The position numbers and the translations under genes are program-made. 64,000 nt of DNA from Eledone cirrhosa. Its lineage: Eukaryota. Under the pieces are notes generated by a model. The model had not been told where the DNA came from. It worked only from the letters and a program-made list of their open reading frames with translations, and did not search any database. Below, in pieces: positions 37,592-50,377 of this stretch. The stretch lies in contig OZ024760.1 in the NCBI GenBank assembly GCA_964016885.1, positions 28,520,001 to 28,584,000 of the forward strand. Reading direction: 5' to 3'. Positions within the stretch are counted from its first letter, which is position 1, and every line of letters starts with the position of its first letter.

Positions 37592-40500
37592 TATATCAGA
37601 ATGAAAATCTGAAGGCAAAGTAAAATTTCCAATCATTTTAATCACGACACGTGTTTCAATAAGAGATAGATCGATCGTGAAGCCATGATCAATTATCATT
37701 GATCTCATCAGGTGAAAATGAATTGTTTTCAAATTCTTGATATGAGGGAGAAAATTAGCAATGTTCACTCACAGAGTTTATTCCCTCATATGAAAATCAA
37801 GCAGTCAAATTACGGCGACTGCTATCAACTTCAGTTAAGGTCATAAAACAAACAAAATTCTATATTCCAATAGCTGCAAAAGACGCTGGACATCAATCAA
37901 ATCTGTAGAAATACAGTTGGTCACAGTTAATGTGAGTGGGTACACACACACTTAACACCCACACACACCGACTCGAAGTCAAAGAACAAATATATATAAA
38001 TATATACACACATCAACACAGTATCAAATCTGTAGAACTATAGACGGTCACAATTAGTGTGAGTGGGTACACACACACCGAAGCGATGTCAAAGAAAAAA
38101 CAATAAATATAAGAATATACCAACATAGCATTCACCGAAAAGTTAGTTTACAAAATAACAAATGCTACATTGGTTAAATCTCAATTTGACGATGCAATTG
38201 GAAATATTGGGTCAACCACAGCCCCATATATACACACACAAGCAAATAAATTCAGTTCAGTGTTCTGCTATACGTGTATAGATTGAATTGTAACATCCGT
38301 ATCTCCAAATAGTGTATGTTATAGTATATACACATCCGTATTGTCCCAAAAGAGTGTATGTCTGGGTATATACACATCCATGTGAAGAGCAAACAATCGG
38401 CTCATATTGAACTCAATATGTACCGCTGTCCCATTGAGAATCCAAGTCCCCAAATCTGTGCGTGCAAGCAACCGCTATGTAGGCCAGCAAGGGGCTCCGT
38501 GTAGGGTTGGGTATTTGGGTTAAGGTATCAGTAAGTGCGATTTCTCGTCATATGGGCCCTTGGGCTTTTAAGATAGGTGTTTGAGTGGTGGCGGTGTGTT
38601 ATCCAACACAAAAGGTAAAGTAAAATAACAGGATAGCAAAGCCTAGAGGATGTGTGTAGGCCCATTAGTGGTGTGTAAATATTATTGTTCAATCCGTAAC
38701 TGTGAGCACTCCATGGTTAGATGATCAAAACCAGGAGTAGTGTTCAATCGGTTTGAACGTGACCAGTCGTAACTGTGGGAACTCAATGTCTAAAGAAAAC
38801 GGGTACTGTGTGTAGAGTTATGTATAGAGAGCGTAAACGGTCTTAACTGAGTGTGCAATACGTCTAACTATATCCCAACCGAGAGAATTCAATGGTTAGG
38901 GTATCTAAAAGTAAAGGTAATGCGCGTAATCGGTCTTGCCTGAGTGTGTAATCATTTACTAACTAGGTATTCTGAGTGTGTAATCATTCTAACTATTTAC
39001 TAACTAGGTATTCTAAAAAGCACTCAGCTGTGAGAACTCTGTGGAAACAGGCCGAGTACTGTTTGTAAGTACGCAAATGATTTTAGCCATCTAATTACCT
39101 GAGTGTGTGACTGTCTGCTTATTGAGAGAACTCTATGGCTAAAATAGAGAGGGAGGAGTTATTGGTGGGTTACTTTCCAAAAATCCTGCGGAAGGTTTTC
39201 GAGGTTCTATTTTGGCAGTTGCTGAAAAAATCCGCTCTCCTATTAATTAATAGGGGGGGCTGCCTCTAATAATATTAAAGGTTTCAGCTATACACAAATT
39301 ATAAACGCCAGTGCTGCCGTTGTAAGGCTGGGCTGAGCACACTATGGACCAGGATAAGGAGTGCTCTATATTCTGTTGTTTAAGCTTCCAGACTAATTCA
39401 GAAAGCGCCGTGCTATTTTTTTAAATTTAATCTATTAAAGGTATGGCAGTGATTATACCATCTATCCTTAAATTCCGTGGCAGTTACCCCAACATACCTG
39501 AAGGCTCTATCAAGAGTGGAGACCTTACAGTCGTAGACTATGTTTTTGGTGAGACATTTCCCAGCCATCGGGCAAGGGGCGGTGTTCCTGCAATTACATT
39601 TTCTGTTATCGACCTGGGTAGTTCCAGAGGAACCACGGTACCTTTGGGGTCGGGTCTCAGTTCTTGTCTGCTCTATGGGTAATTTCCCAGGGGTTGGGGT
39701 GACCCGACTCGCCTCATGTGTATGAGTCTGTTCATCCATAGAGCTGCCATTAGTTCTGCCATGTCTAGTCCCCCCTTGGGCTGACCTAAGTCTACTATAA
39801 TTCATCTTAGCTATGTTACTGGTTGTGGAGTAGGGCAGCTTGATGGTATTCTTATTGAATATTTTATAGTATCTGTGTGATCTAGGGCAGCATTTGTCTA
39901 AGGCTCTAAAGAAAAGCTTAGCTATACTAGTGGTCAAGCCAGTGGAGTAAGGGAGGTTATACCATAGGATTTTTCTGGTCCGAGGCCTCTTGTTCTTACT
40001 AACTATAATAGAGTTACCTGTCTCCTTAGTAGCTACTGGTCTATTATAACTGAAGACCGCCTGTGGGTTGATCGTGTCCTGGGGTGTCCCGATTCTATTA
40101 GGAATCGTCCCAAGTCTCCGGGGCGGTGTACTCCCCGTGCAGCCATTGGGATTACCCTCGATAGCCGGTGTTATATCCACTATGCGTCTGCTACACCTAT
40201 CCTTATTCCCCTTACTCGACCTTCGTTCCAATTTACGTTCAACGGTTTTATCAGTTCTACAATTAAGGTTACAATTAGAGTTTCTGCTGGCATTATGGTG
40301 CTCAGATCCCGTGTTAGTACCTGGGTGGTTGTTTCCATTGGTGCCGTCGACATTGGGACTAGGCAGCAATACAACATGAAGTCTATATAAATCCTCCCTC
40401 GCATCCCGCCTGCTGTTAACTAAAGTGTCACTATTTAGGCCTAAGCTATCGCAGGCAATGTTGCTACTACTATTTAATGGACGTTTGAAAGCGATCCCCC

Positions 40501-41756
40501 CGCGCATTCCAGGGCGCTATTATAGTAATCCGAGATCTTATTAAAGGTATCTTCATTGGAAGATAGTCCTGAGATTCTACTAGAGACGCTTTTGGTAATA
40601 CCGTTAGTGACTATTCTAGGGTGGTTCGATTTTGCGTTGACATAATTTAAATTCTCGTTGGGTTTGTGGTAGGGTTGGAAGAGTCCTGAATTGAGGTTAA
40701 GTGCAACATCTAGAAAATTAACTATCTTCAGGTTTTCTTCAAACACTATACTTAGGTCTATGTTGTCGAAGAATTTGCTTAGTTTTTTCCTCACCCTCTC
40801 TACCATACTATTATTATGGAACGACACAGTAAACAAAACGTTGTCACGGTAAGTGCCGCCTCCCAGGTGGGGCATTTCCATTCCGAGACAGTCGAGGAAG
40901 TAAAGGTCCACCAGATCCGTCACCTGGGCCGAGTCCGAGGATCCCATGGTGATGTCGAAATTGTCCGGCCATCCTTCCTGGTCCAAAAGTCACCGTTGAA
41001 CTCAATTAAGGTTTTCCTAGCTAGGAGAATAATGTTAATTTCTTCAGATGTAAGGTCGGTGTGTGAGGTAGCAAAGTTTAGGGCCTTACCTAGAAGAATG
41101 GGAGAGATCGAAGAGTAGTAATTAGAGATATCGAACTGTATAAACTTAGTGCTATTCTTATTCTGCGATTTCTCAAACCAGTTAATTACCTCACTAGTTC
41201 CTGACCACAATTTAAGCTTCGATCTCCTAACTAGAGTAGGGATTATTTTATCAAGGATGTTTTTACTCACGATTCCTATGTCCGACTTCGAAGGGGCTAT
41301 CAGCCTGACAGGTCTTGATGATTAAAAATTTAATTTGTGGTCCTTCAACAAAATCCTCGGAGTTCTAGGATGGAAGGGTTTGGTTTTATCCTCAATACCC
41401 AGTTTAGTCATGACGCTATTGGCCTCCGTGTTGATTAAATCCAGGTTAGCCCATGTAGTTTTTTTGTAGCTTTTTCTAAGTTCTCTGATTATCAAATTAT
41501 CATAAGTTACTCTATCCATTCCGTACAGGTTGTTAGTTTTATCTGCGTGCACCTAGATCACCATTCAGTCGTCTCAGGTAGCTTTTTCTCCTGAGTGTGT
41601 TTTTCCTAAATTTAAGGTTGGAAACTATGTTAGACATTTCAGTCTCGAATTCTTCCAGGTACTTATTGTGCGGTGGGTTTCTTCTGGATTTGAATATTTC
41701 CTCGATGCCGCGCGTTCCCTCTCTGCTGTGGTTTGTTGGTGTTCCTCTGTCGAAGT
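37592..41756 (-). mobile_element. Penelope-like retroelement (RT plus GIY-YIG endonuclease), decayed, probably Naiad-type
   Basis: ADKTNNLY, LKDHKLNF, FIQFDISNYYSSI, FDITMGSSDSAQV, VNFLDVALNL, YVNAKSNHP, KILWYNLPYS, CNC..CPMAGKCL..NIVY..YVGVT..FKDRWYNH. Begins at a (TA)n tract; hammerhead in the 3' region. Confidence 0.9.
37642..37715 (-). ncRNA. Type I hammerhead motif near the 3' end of the Penelope-like element
   Basis: TCAC-CTGATGA-GAT...ATT-GAAA-CACGTG-TC-GTGA; palindromic stem III, GUC triplet. Confidence 0.8.
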
Positions 41757-42134
41757 ATATATATATATATATATATATCCTCTCCTAATACATTATTTCC
41801 TGAAGGCACATCAGAATATATTTCTTATAGAATACTCCAGAATAAAATCTCCTCTTTAGAAAGAAGGAAGCTCAGGGAATGTTTAAGCTATTTAGAACTG
41901 TAATGGGACCAGGTATTAGACGGGTACAACTACTGATATATATATGTCTATATGTATATACATGACTCTGGATATATGTAGGCTTGTATGTGCGTATGTA
42001 TATATGTATGTGGGTGTGTTCCTGTCAGTGTGTCTGTGTCTGTATATTTGTGTGTCTATATGTATATGCATGGTTGTATATGTATGCTTCTGTGTGAGTC
42101 TGTATTTCTTTGTATTTATTTGTTTGTGTGTGTG

Positions 42135-42192
<58 letters not shown>

Positions 42193-42195
<3 letters not shown>

Positions 42196-43381
42196 TTATA
42201 TATATATAAAAGCGAGGATGTGTGTGTGTCTGTGTTCAACTTTGCATGCATAAGGCTTTCACAATTACCAACTGAATTTGACCAAATTTTCTGTGCACAT
42301 TGCACAGGTCACTGAGATTGTCACATCACAAACATTTTTCAAATCGACCTACGTTGAGCAATAAAAAATCGATATCAAAATTATCGGTACAAAAATTGAT
42401 GTAAGGGAGATAAACTTTATTGACAATCCTTATAAAAAAGGGAGATAACCAACTTTTCAGAAATTGGTTTACCTCCTAATACATTGATTCTGAAAGAGGG
42501 AACACCAGTTATTTTGCTGAGAAATATCACTCCTCCAAAACTATGCAATGGTACACGCCTTGTGGTTAAAAAACTGTCTCCACTTAGTATTGACGCTACC
42601 ATTCTATCCGGATGTGGAAAAGGCGAGGATGTGATAATAACAAAAATTAGCCTGACTACATCAGGCGTGGATACTCCTTTCTCCTTTCGCCGAACCCAAT
42701 TTCCCCTTCTGCCTTTGCGATGTCCATAAACAAGTCGCAAGGTCAAACTCTGTCCGTCGCTGGAATTCACTTGGATGAACCTTGCTTTTCGCACGGACAC
42801 TTCTATGTTGCCTGCTCACGAGTTGGCAGTTGAGATAATCTCTTTGCGTTTGTTCCGAAAAGAAAAACAAAGAATATTGTCTATCCTGAAGTGCTTTAGT
42901 GTTCACAAAAAAACTTATTACAGCTCTGCCTTGACTTCACCTTACTCATTACAAAACATACCAATGAATATGTCATGCAGGATATTTTGGATTATAAGTT
43001 AAAAATTTAACCATATACAGCAAAGGATGCTCTCAAAGAATAGATTTTCTCTTATTCTACTCTCATTGTTTTTTTGTTTGTATACAACTCTGCTTTCAGT
43101 ACAACTTTTTGTACTTTAGCAAAACTGCCTATTTTTTTTACAGATTTGCAACGTGTATTGTCTTTAATCATTTGTATAACTACATCCTGTTCAGTGTTTT
43201 CCTTCATTATCAGCATAGTTTTATGTGTACAAAGATTGCACTAAATATTCGTTTGCATTAATTATTGAAGACTTCTGCTTATTTTGAGAGGTTGGGGACA
43301 AATAATGTTCTTCTTTTACTTCCTAGCTGTATATTCTTAGCATAATTTCAAACCCCGAGCAACGCCGGGTAAATCTGCTAG
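42193..43381 (+). mobile_element. Non-autonomous Helitron with both termini and a helicase C-terminal remnant
   Basis: A|TC 5' start; 3' hairpin CCCGAGC-AAC-GCCGGG then CTAG|T; internal LLRNITPPKLCNGTRLVV and [11 protein letters not shown]. Confidence 0.9.
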
Positions 43382-43819
43382 TATATATATATACACACAT
43401 GAGTGTATATGTGTATATGTATGCATGTGTATAAGAGCATGTATATATATAAGTATGTCTGTGTGTATGTATGTGTATAGGTATGTCTATGAGTAAGTGT
43501 CTGTATGTGTATAGTTGTGTGTGTGTGTGTATGCATGACTATATGTATGCATGGGTGTGTGTATGTATGTTTATGTGTATGTATACATGTTTTGCGTCAT
43601 CAGCAATATTTAATGGTGGCTTCCCACTTCCTATTGTCACACTCACACACAGACACACAGACAGACACACACACACACAGACACACACACACACACAGAC
43701 AGACAGACAGACAGACACGCACACACACGCCCATTCCAACCACCACCGCTATCATCATCATCATCATTTAACATCTGTTTTCCATGCTAGCATGGGTTAG
43801 ATGATTTATTCTCTTCTTT

Positions 43820-44904
43820 TAGTGTCACTAAGAGGCTATCATACATCTACGTTCACAACTGTTGATATACACTCTTTATGTCACTAAGAGGCTACCATAC
43901 ATCTATGTTCACAACTGTTGATATACTCTTCTTTAAGTGTCACTAAGAGGCTACCATACATCTAATATGTTCACAATTTTTGATATACTCCTTTTTGTGT
44001 CACTAAGAGGCTACCATACATCTATGTTCATAACTGTTGATATACACTCTTTATGTCACTAAGAGGCTACCATACATTTATGTTCACAACTGTTGCTATA
44101 CTCTGTTTATGTCACTAAGAGGCTACCATACATCTGTTCACAACTGTTGCTATACTCTTCTTTTAGTGTCACTAAGAGGCTACCATACCTATGTTCACAA
44201 CTGTTGATATACACTCTTTATGTCACTAAGAGGCTACCATACATCTATGTTCACATCTGTTGCTATACACTCTTTATGTTACTAAGAGGCTCCTATACAT
44301 CTATGTTCACAACTGTTGATATACACTCTTTGTCACTAAGAGGCTACCATACATCTATGTTCACATCTGTTGCTATACACTCTTTATGTTACTAAGAGGC
44401 TACCATACATCTATGTTCACAACAGTTGATATATACTCTTTGTCGCTAAGAGGCTACCATACATCTATGTTCACAACTTGCTGTACTCCTTTTATGTCAC
44501 TAAGAGGCTACCATACATCTATGTTCACATCTGTTGCTATACTCATTTTATGTCACTACGAGGCTACCATACATCTATGTTCACATCTGTTGCTATACTC
44601 CTTTTATGTCACTAAGAAGCTACCATACATCTATGTTCACATCTGTTGCTATACTCCTTTTATGTCACTAAGCAGCTACCATATGTCTATGTTCACAACT
44701 GTTGATATACACTCTTTATGTTACTAAGAGGCTCCCATACATCTATGTTCACACCTGTTGATATACACTCTTTGTCACTAAGGGGCTACCATACATCTAT
44801 GTTCACATCTGTTGATATACACTCTTTGTCACTAAGGGGCTACCATACATCTATGTTCACATCTGTTGATATACACTCTTTGTCACTAAGGGGCTACCAT
44901 ACAT
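43820..44904. repeat. ~55-57 bp minisatellite
   Basis: TGTCACTAAGAGGCTACCATACATCTATGTTCACAACTGTTGATATACACTCTTTA units. Confidence 0.96.
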
Positions 44905-44994
44905 GTGATGGAGTCAATATTTGGAATTTGACATTGATAAAAGTTTCTCTTTAATTATTTATGTGTATATATATTGAAGAAACATAATCAATAA

Positions 44995-45248
44995 CTGTGT
45001 GTATATATATACATATGTGTACACACACACACATGTATGTACATATACACACACACATGCACACACACATATATATATATATATATATGTGTGTGTTTGT
45101 CTTTGTATGTGTGCATATATATACATGTGTACACACACACACACATATATACATATAGATGTATGTGCACATGTGTGCAGGTATGTACACACACACACAT
45201 ACACACATATATATACATATGGATGGATGTGCACATGTGTGCAGGTAT

Positions 45249-45282
<34 letters not shown>

Positions 45283-45995
45283 TGTGCATGTATCTAAATA
45301 TGTGTGCATATCTGTACAAATATATAGATATACATGTATATGTGCATGTGCGCATATGTGTGACTGTATGTACACATACACACACTCATATACATATATG
45401 TGTGTGTATGTATGTACATTTAAATATGTATATATATATATGTTCATATGTACAAATATGTGTGTATATGTGTATATATATGTGCGTATGTATGTACATT
45501 TATATATGTATATATATATATATATATATATGTTCATATGTACAAATATGTGTGTATATGTGTATATATATATGTGTGTATGTATGTACATTTATATATG
45601 TATATATATATATATGTTCATATGTACAAATATGTATGTATATGTGTATATATATATGTGTGTATGTATGTACATTTATATATGTATATATATATATGTT
45701 CATATGTACAAATATGTGTGTATATGTGTATATATATATGTGTGTATGTATGTACATTTATATATGTATATATATATATATATATGTTCATATGTACAAA
45801 TATGTGTGTATATGTGTATATATATATGTGTGTATGTATGTACATTTATATATGTATATATATATATATGTTCATATGTACAAATATGTATGTATATGTG
45901 TATATATATATGTGCGTATGTATGTACATTTATATATGTATATATATATATATGTTCATATGCACAAATATGTGTGTATATGTGTATATATACAT
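44995..45995. repeat. Microsatellite tract with a ~75-bp higher-order unit
   Basis: Recurring TGTTCATATGTACAAATATGTGTG...TATGTACATTTA anchors. Confidence 0.9.
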
Positions 45996-46829
45996 AGATA
46001 GTTATTAGATATTAATGCTGGCAGCTATCTAATTTAGGTTATATAAAATGTGATGAACTTTCATAAATTTGAACATATTCCAGTATTCTATCCTTAAAAC
46101 GTGAACTAGCCGTTATGAGAACTAATTAGTATCATTGTGTAAAACACACTGAAACACTGATGGTACTTTTAAACAAATTCAGTAATCTTCTGTTTGATAT
46201 TTACACTTTGGTAATTGAAAGATCCTTTTACTTGTTTCAGGCACTAATGTATGGCCATACTGGGGCACCACTTTGAATGGATTTTTAATCAATAGATCAT
46301 ACTGGGATCACCTGGGATTAATAGCTTGATGGCTTGTAGTTCGTTAGCTTTGGTTGCTAAAATTGAATTTGAGGAAAAAACGATTTTTTTAATGGTTTTG
46401 TTATATTTCACAAGCTGGAATGGTGGCGCTTACTTTGGCTTCAGTAATTGTCCAGGCGATTAACTTTGTATAAATAGTAGTGTAAATCATTCACAGAATA
46501 GACTAAGTCCACCTGGGATTAATAGTTTGATGGCTTGTAGTTCGTCAGTTAATTTTGTTTTTCTTGTTTCCACTTAAATCTGTATTCAATGTGGATATGA
46601 TCAATTGGTAATGCCTGTTTCCTTGAAATGGCTGTGAATCGGTAGAGCATGGAACAAAGTATCTGAAGATATTTGTTCCAGCTTTCTGCACTCAGAGTTC
46701 AAATCCTGCTGAGGGAGGTCAATATATTTTCTTTCATCTTTTCAGGGGTACTAAAACACTAAAATAATCCAAGGCAGAATTGTTAAAGTGTCTAAAATAA
46801 TTTTTAATACCCGATTTTGAAATACAAAT

Positions 46830-47980
46830 GACTGATCTGGGCCTCCTCTGATGGGTCAGTAGAGTAACATTTCTCAATAATGTGTAGCTTGGAGATCAGA
46901 GAGTCACTCCGGATAGAGCCGCTATTTCTCCGAATTGAGAGATCACAGCTCTGATACTATGGACATGTGGTTAGAATGTCTCAGGAAAGAATCACTGAAT
47001 TGAGAGAGCACAGCTCTGATACTATAGACATGTGGTTAGAATGTCTCAGGAAAGAATCTCTGAATTGAGGGATCACAGCTCTGATACTACAGACATGTGG
47101 TTAGAATGTCTCAGGAAAGAATCACTGAATTGAGAGATCACAGCTCTGATACTACAGACATGTGGTTAGAATGTCTCAGGAAAGAATCACTGAATTGAGA
47201 GATCACAGCTCTGATACTACAGACATGTGGTTAGAATGTCTCAGGAAAGAATCTCTGAATTGAGAGATCATAGCTCAGATACGACAGACATGTGGTCAGA
47301 ATGTCTCAGGAAAGAATCACTGAATTGAGAGAGCACAGCTCTGATATAATAGACATGTGGTTAGAATGTCTCAGGAAAGAATCTCTGAATTGAGAGATCA
47401 TAGCTCAGATACTACAGACATGTGATTAGAATGTCTCAGGAAAGAATCACTGAATTGAGAGAGCACAGCTCTGATATAATAGACATGTGGTTAGAATGTC
47501 TCAGGAGAGAATCTCTGAATTGAGGGATCACAGCTCTGATACTACAGACATATTGTTAGAATGTCTCAGGAAAGAATCACTGGACAAATTTTACAGGGCA
47601 AAACCAACCAGCAGGAGATCCAGGGGTAGACCCTGAGCAAGATGGTTGGATAACATCCATGAGCTTGGTTGATTTTACTTGGGTATCCAGCTGAATCAGT
47701 TGGAGATGAGTGTTTCTGACATGACCCACTGGAAAGAGTGTTTGAGGACTCTTCCCCCACGACCCTCTCCGGAGCTGGACAGATTTTATAGGCAAAACCA
47801 ACTGGAAGGAGACCCAGGGGTAGATCCGAGCAAGATGGTTGGATAACATCCATGAGCTTGGCTGGTTTCACTTGAGGGATCCAGCCGGATCAGTTGGAAA
47901 TGGCTGCTTCTGACAGGACCTGCTGGAAGGAGTGATTGAGGACTCTGTTCCCATGATCCTCTCAGGAATAAGTGGAAGAA
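46830..47980 (+). mobile_element. RTE-like LINE 3' fragment expanded internally into a 65-bp tandem array and a duplicated ORF end
   Basis: Translates EIRESLRIEPLFLRIERSQL*YYGHVVRMSQERI; that segment repeats ~10 times (46930-47580), then KPTGRRPRGRSRARWLDNI-like sequence occurs twice. Confidence 0.85.
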
Positions 47981-48301
47981 GATAGAATGATTAATCATAC
48001 CTCGAATGAATGCTTTAATCATAGATCTGCTGAACCAAGTTCACATGGGGCTAAACACTAACAACAACAACAACAACACAATGTCACTAAATATTCTATT
48101 AATTAATTTCTTTATTTATCTATTTGTAATTACATTTGTTTCCAGTAGAATAAAGCCATTTTAATATTATCTCCACCATTTATTATCTAGCATGACTTTG
48201 TCACATTCTCAGAATCTGTTTTAAAAACCTTTTCTAGCTGACGGCTACATTGAGGACAATGTATTTTGTAATCAACGTTATGTCATTAGACTTTTAAATG
48301 A

Positions 48302-48340
<39 letters not shown>

Positions 48341-48346
48341 CACATT

Positions 48347-48488
<142 letters not shown>

Positions 48489-48603
48489 ACCAAAGATTAA
48501 TATGGTTCGTTGATTACTCAACGAATGCAGTTTTACAATAGATTAGAAGCACTCAACAAGAAAGTTTTCCTGGAGTTTTTAATATTATTAAAAATGTTAA
48601 CAA

Positions 48604-48886
48604 ATGAAAAATATTCGCATAATCAAAATATATACTTTATTATATATATTTCAAAGGTACTGTGTTGGTTTTTTCAGTACGTCCTCATCAGACAAAATAT
48701 ATGATTTGATATATGTCATACCGCTACGGTCTTGCCAATACTGGAATTGAATAATCAAGACCGTAGCGGTATGTCATATATCAAATCATATATTTTATCT
48801 GATGAGGACGTACTGAAAAAACCAACACAGTACCTTTGAAATATATATAATAAAGTATATATTTTGATTATGAGAATATTTTTCAT
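48604..48886. repeat. Inverted repeat (~131-bp arms) with one complete hammerhead motif per arm
   Basis: Plus 48788-48860: ATATATTTTAT-CTGATGA-GGACGTACTG..CAGTACCTTT-GAAA-TATATA-TA-ATAAAGTATAT; mirror copy on minus at 48630-48702. Confidence 0.88.
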
Positions 48887-48950
48887 ATAGAGTTATTAAC
48901 TCATATAGATACCCTGCAATTAACAAGCTCAAAGTATAAATACTGAGCAT

Positions 48951-49250
48951 TGTGGATTGGCAGTATCGGTAGAGGGTTTGACGCCATGCTTTCCAGCATA
49001 GTTACGTCCCTTTACGATCTGAGTTCAAATCCCGCCGAGGTTGACTTTGCCTTTCATCCTTACGGGGTCGATAAAATAAAGTACCAGTAATGCACTGAGT
49101 AATTGCTGGCCTTGTTTGTGCCTAAAGTAGAAACAATTATGATATTAATATATTAACTTTGCCTTTCATCCTTACGGGGTCGATGAAATAAAGTACCAGT
49201 AATACACTGGGTAATTGCTGGCCTTGTGCCTAAAAATAGAAACAATTATA
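48951..49250 (+). mobile_element. SINE family A plus duplicated 3' part
   Basis: As at 9141. Confidence 0.9.
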
Positions 49251-49858
49251 ATATTAATATGTGTAGAAATAAACACAGTAAATTCTGCATCTAAAATTAC
49301 GAGGGTAGATTATACCACAAATGTTTTATATATTTAAACTGAAGCATACAGTATGATACAAGATTTCCTATACATACCGTATCAATAACGATTTCCTCTC
49401 TTGGACAGACTAAAGATTTAATCTGTTTCGCCCTGAAAAAATTGTTTGTAACAAGTAATCCTTAGGCATTTCGTCAGCGAGAGATAAGATTAAATGATAC
49501 AGAACATCTATAACAAGAAACTTCCTCGTGTGTTGAAAGTCATACGTGGTGCGAGTGGATATGCTAGAAACAATAGCCCATTTACACTCATTTTTATAAG
49601 CTCAACAGATAAGGAGCCGAAATAATCTACCCTCGTAATTTTAGACACAAAATTTACTGTGTTTACTTCTATGTATACATACATGCATATCTATATAATA
49701 TACACACACAGACACATGTATATATACGCACACACACATATATATACATGTATATATATGTGTGTGTATATATACAGTATATATATATATATATATATGT
49801 ATGTATACACACATATATATACATACATACACACACACACGCATATATATATATATAT

Positions 49859-50067
49859 ATAAGAAAAAGTAGGACCCCGACGGCTGAGCTCAAGCCGTTT
49901 CGACGGCTAATTCTGGACTAAAATCATTTTAGTCCAGAATTAGCCGTCGAAACGGCTTGAGCTCAGCCGTCGGGGTCCTACTTTTTCTTATTACCCACTC
50001 TACTACCCTAAGTATTGAGTACTTTGGTGCGTTATAGTCCACCTGGTTCCTTACCACATTTCCTTCG

Positions 50068-50070
<3 letters not shown>
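49859..50070 (+). mobile_element. Family P element with a perfect 133-nt palindrome
   Basis: 49859-49924 is the exact reverse complement of 49926-49991; flanked by (TA)n. Confidence 0.88.
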
Positions 50071-50100
<30 letters not shown>

Positions 50101-50377
50101 TATGTACATATATATAGATCTATATATTAAAGTAATTAATATTTTTTTTATAAACTTCACCAAAAACAGAGACAATACTCTAATGAAATAATAACAACAA
50201 TAAAAACACCTAATTCTGTCTCAAATTAAATATTCTTCTCTAATATTCCCATTAACTGTTTTGATATCAAACGACCTGACACTTCCCCTGCTTCTTTGAT
50301 ACAAAGATACAGTATTTAGTTTAAAGTGGTTATATCTAAAAACATATGTATTTGACTGATTTCATTTCTTCTTTGTT

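Noticed and set aside
39190-39610. Selenocysteine-encoding Naiad variant
   Set aside because: Conserved Cys positions in the endonuclease region read as Cys (one as Tyr); no in-frame TGA seen at those sites.
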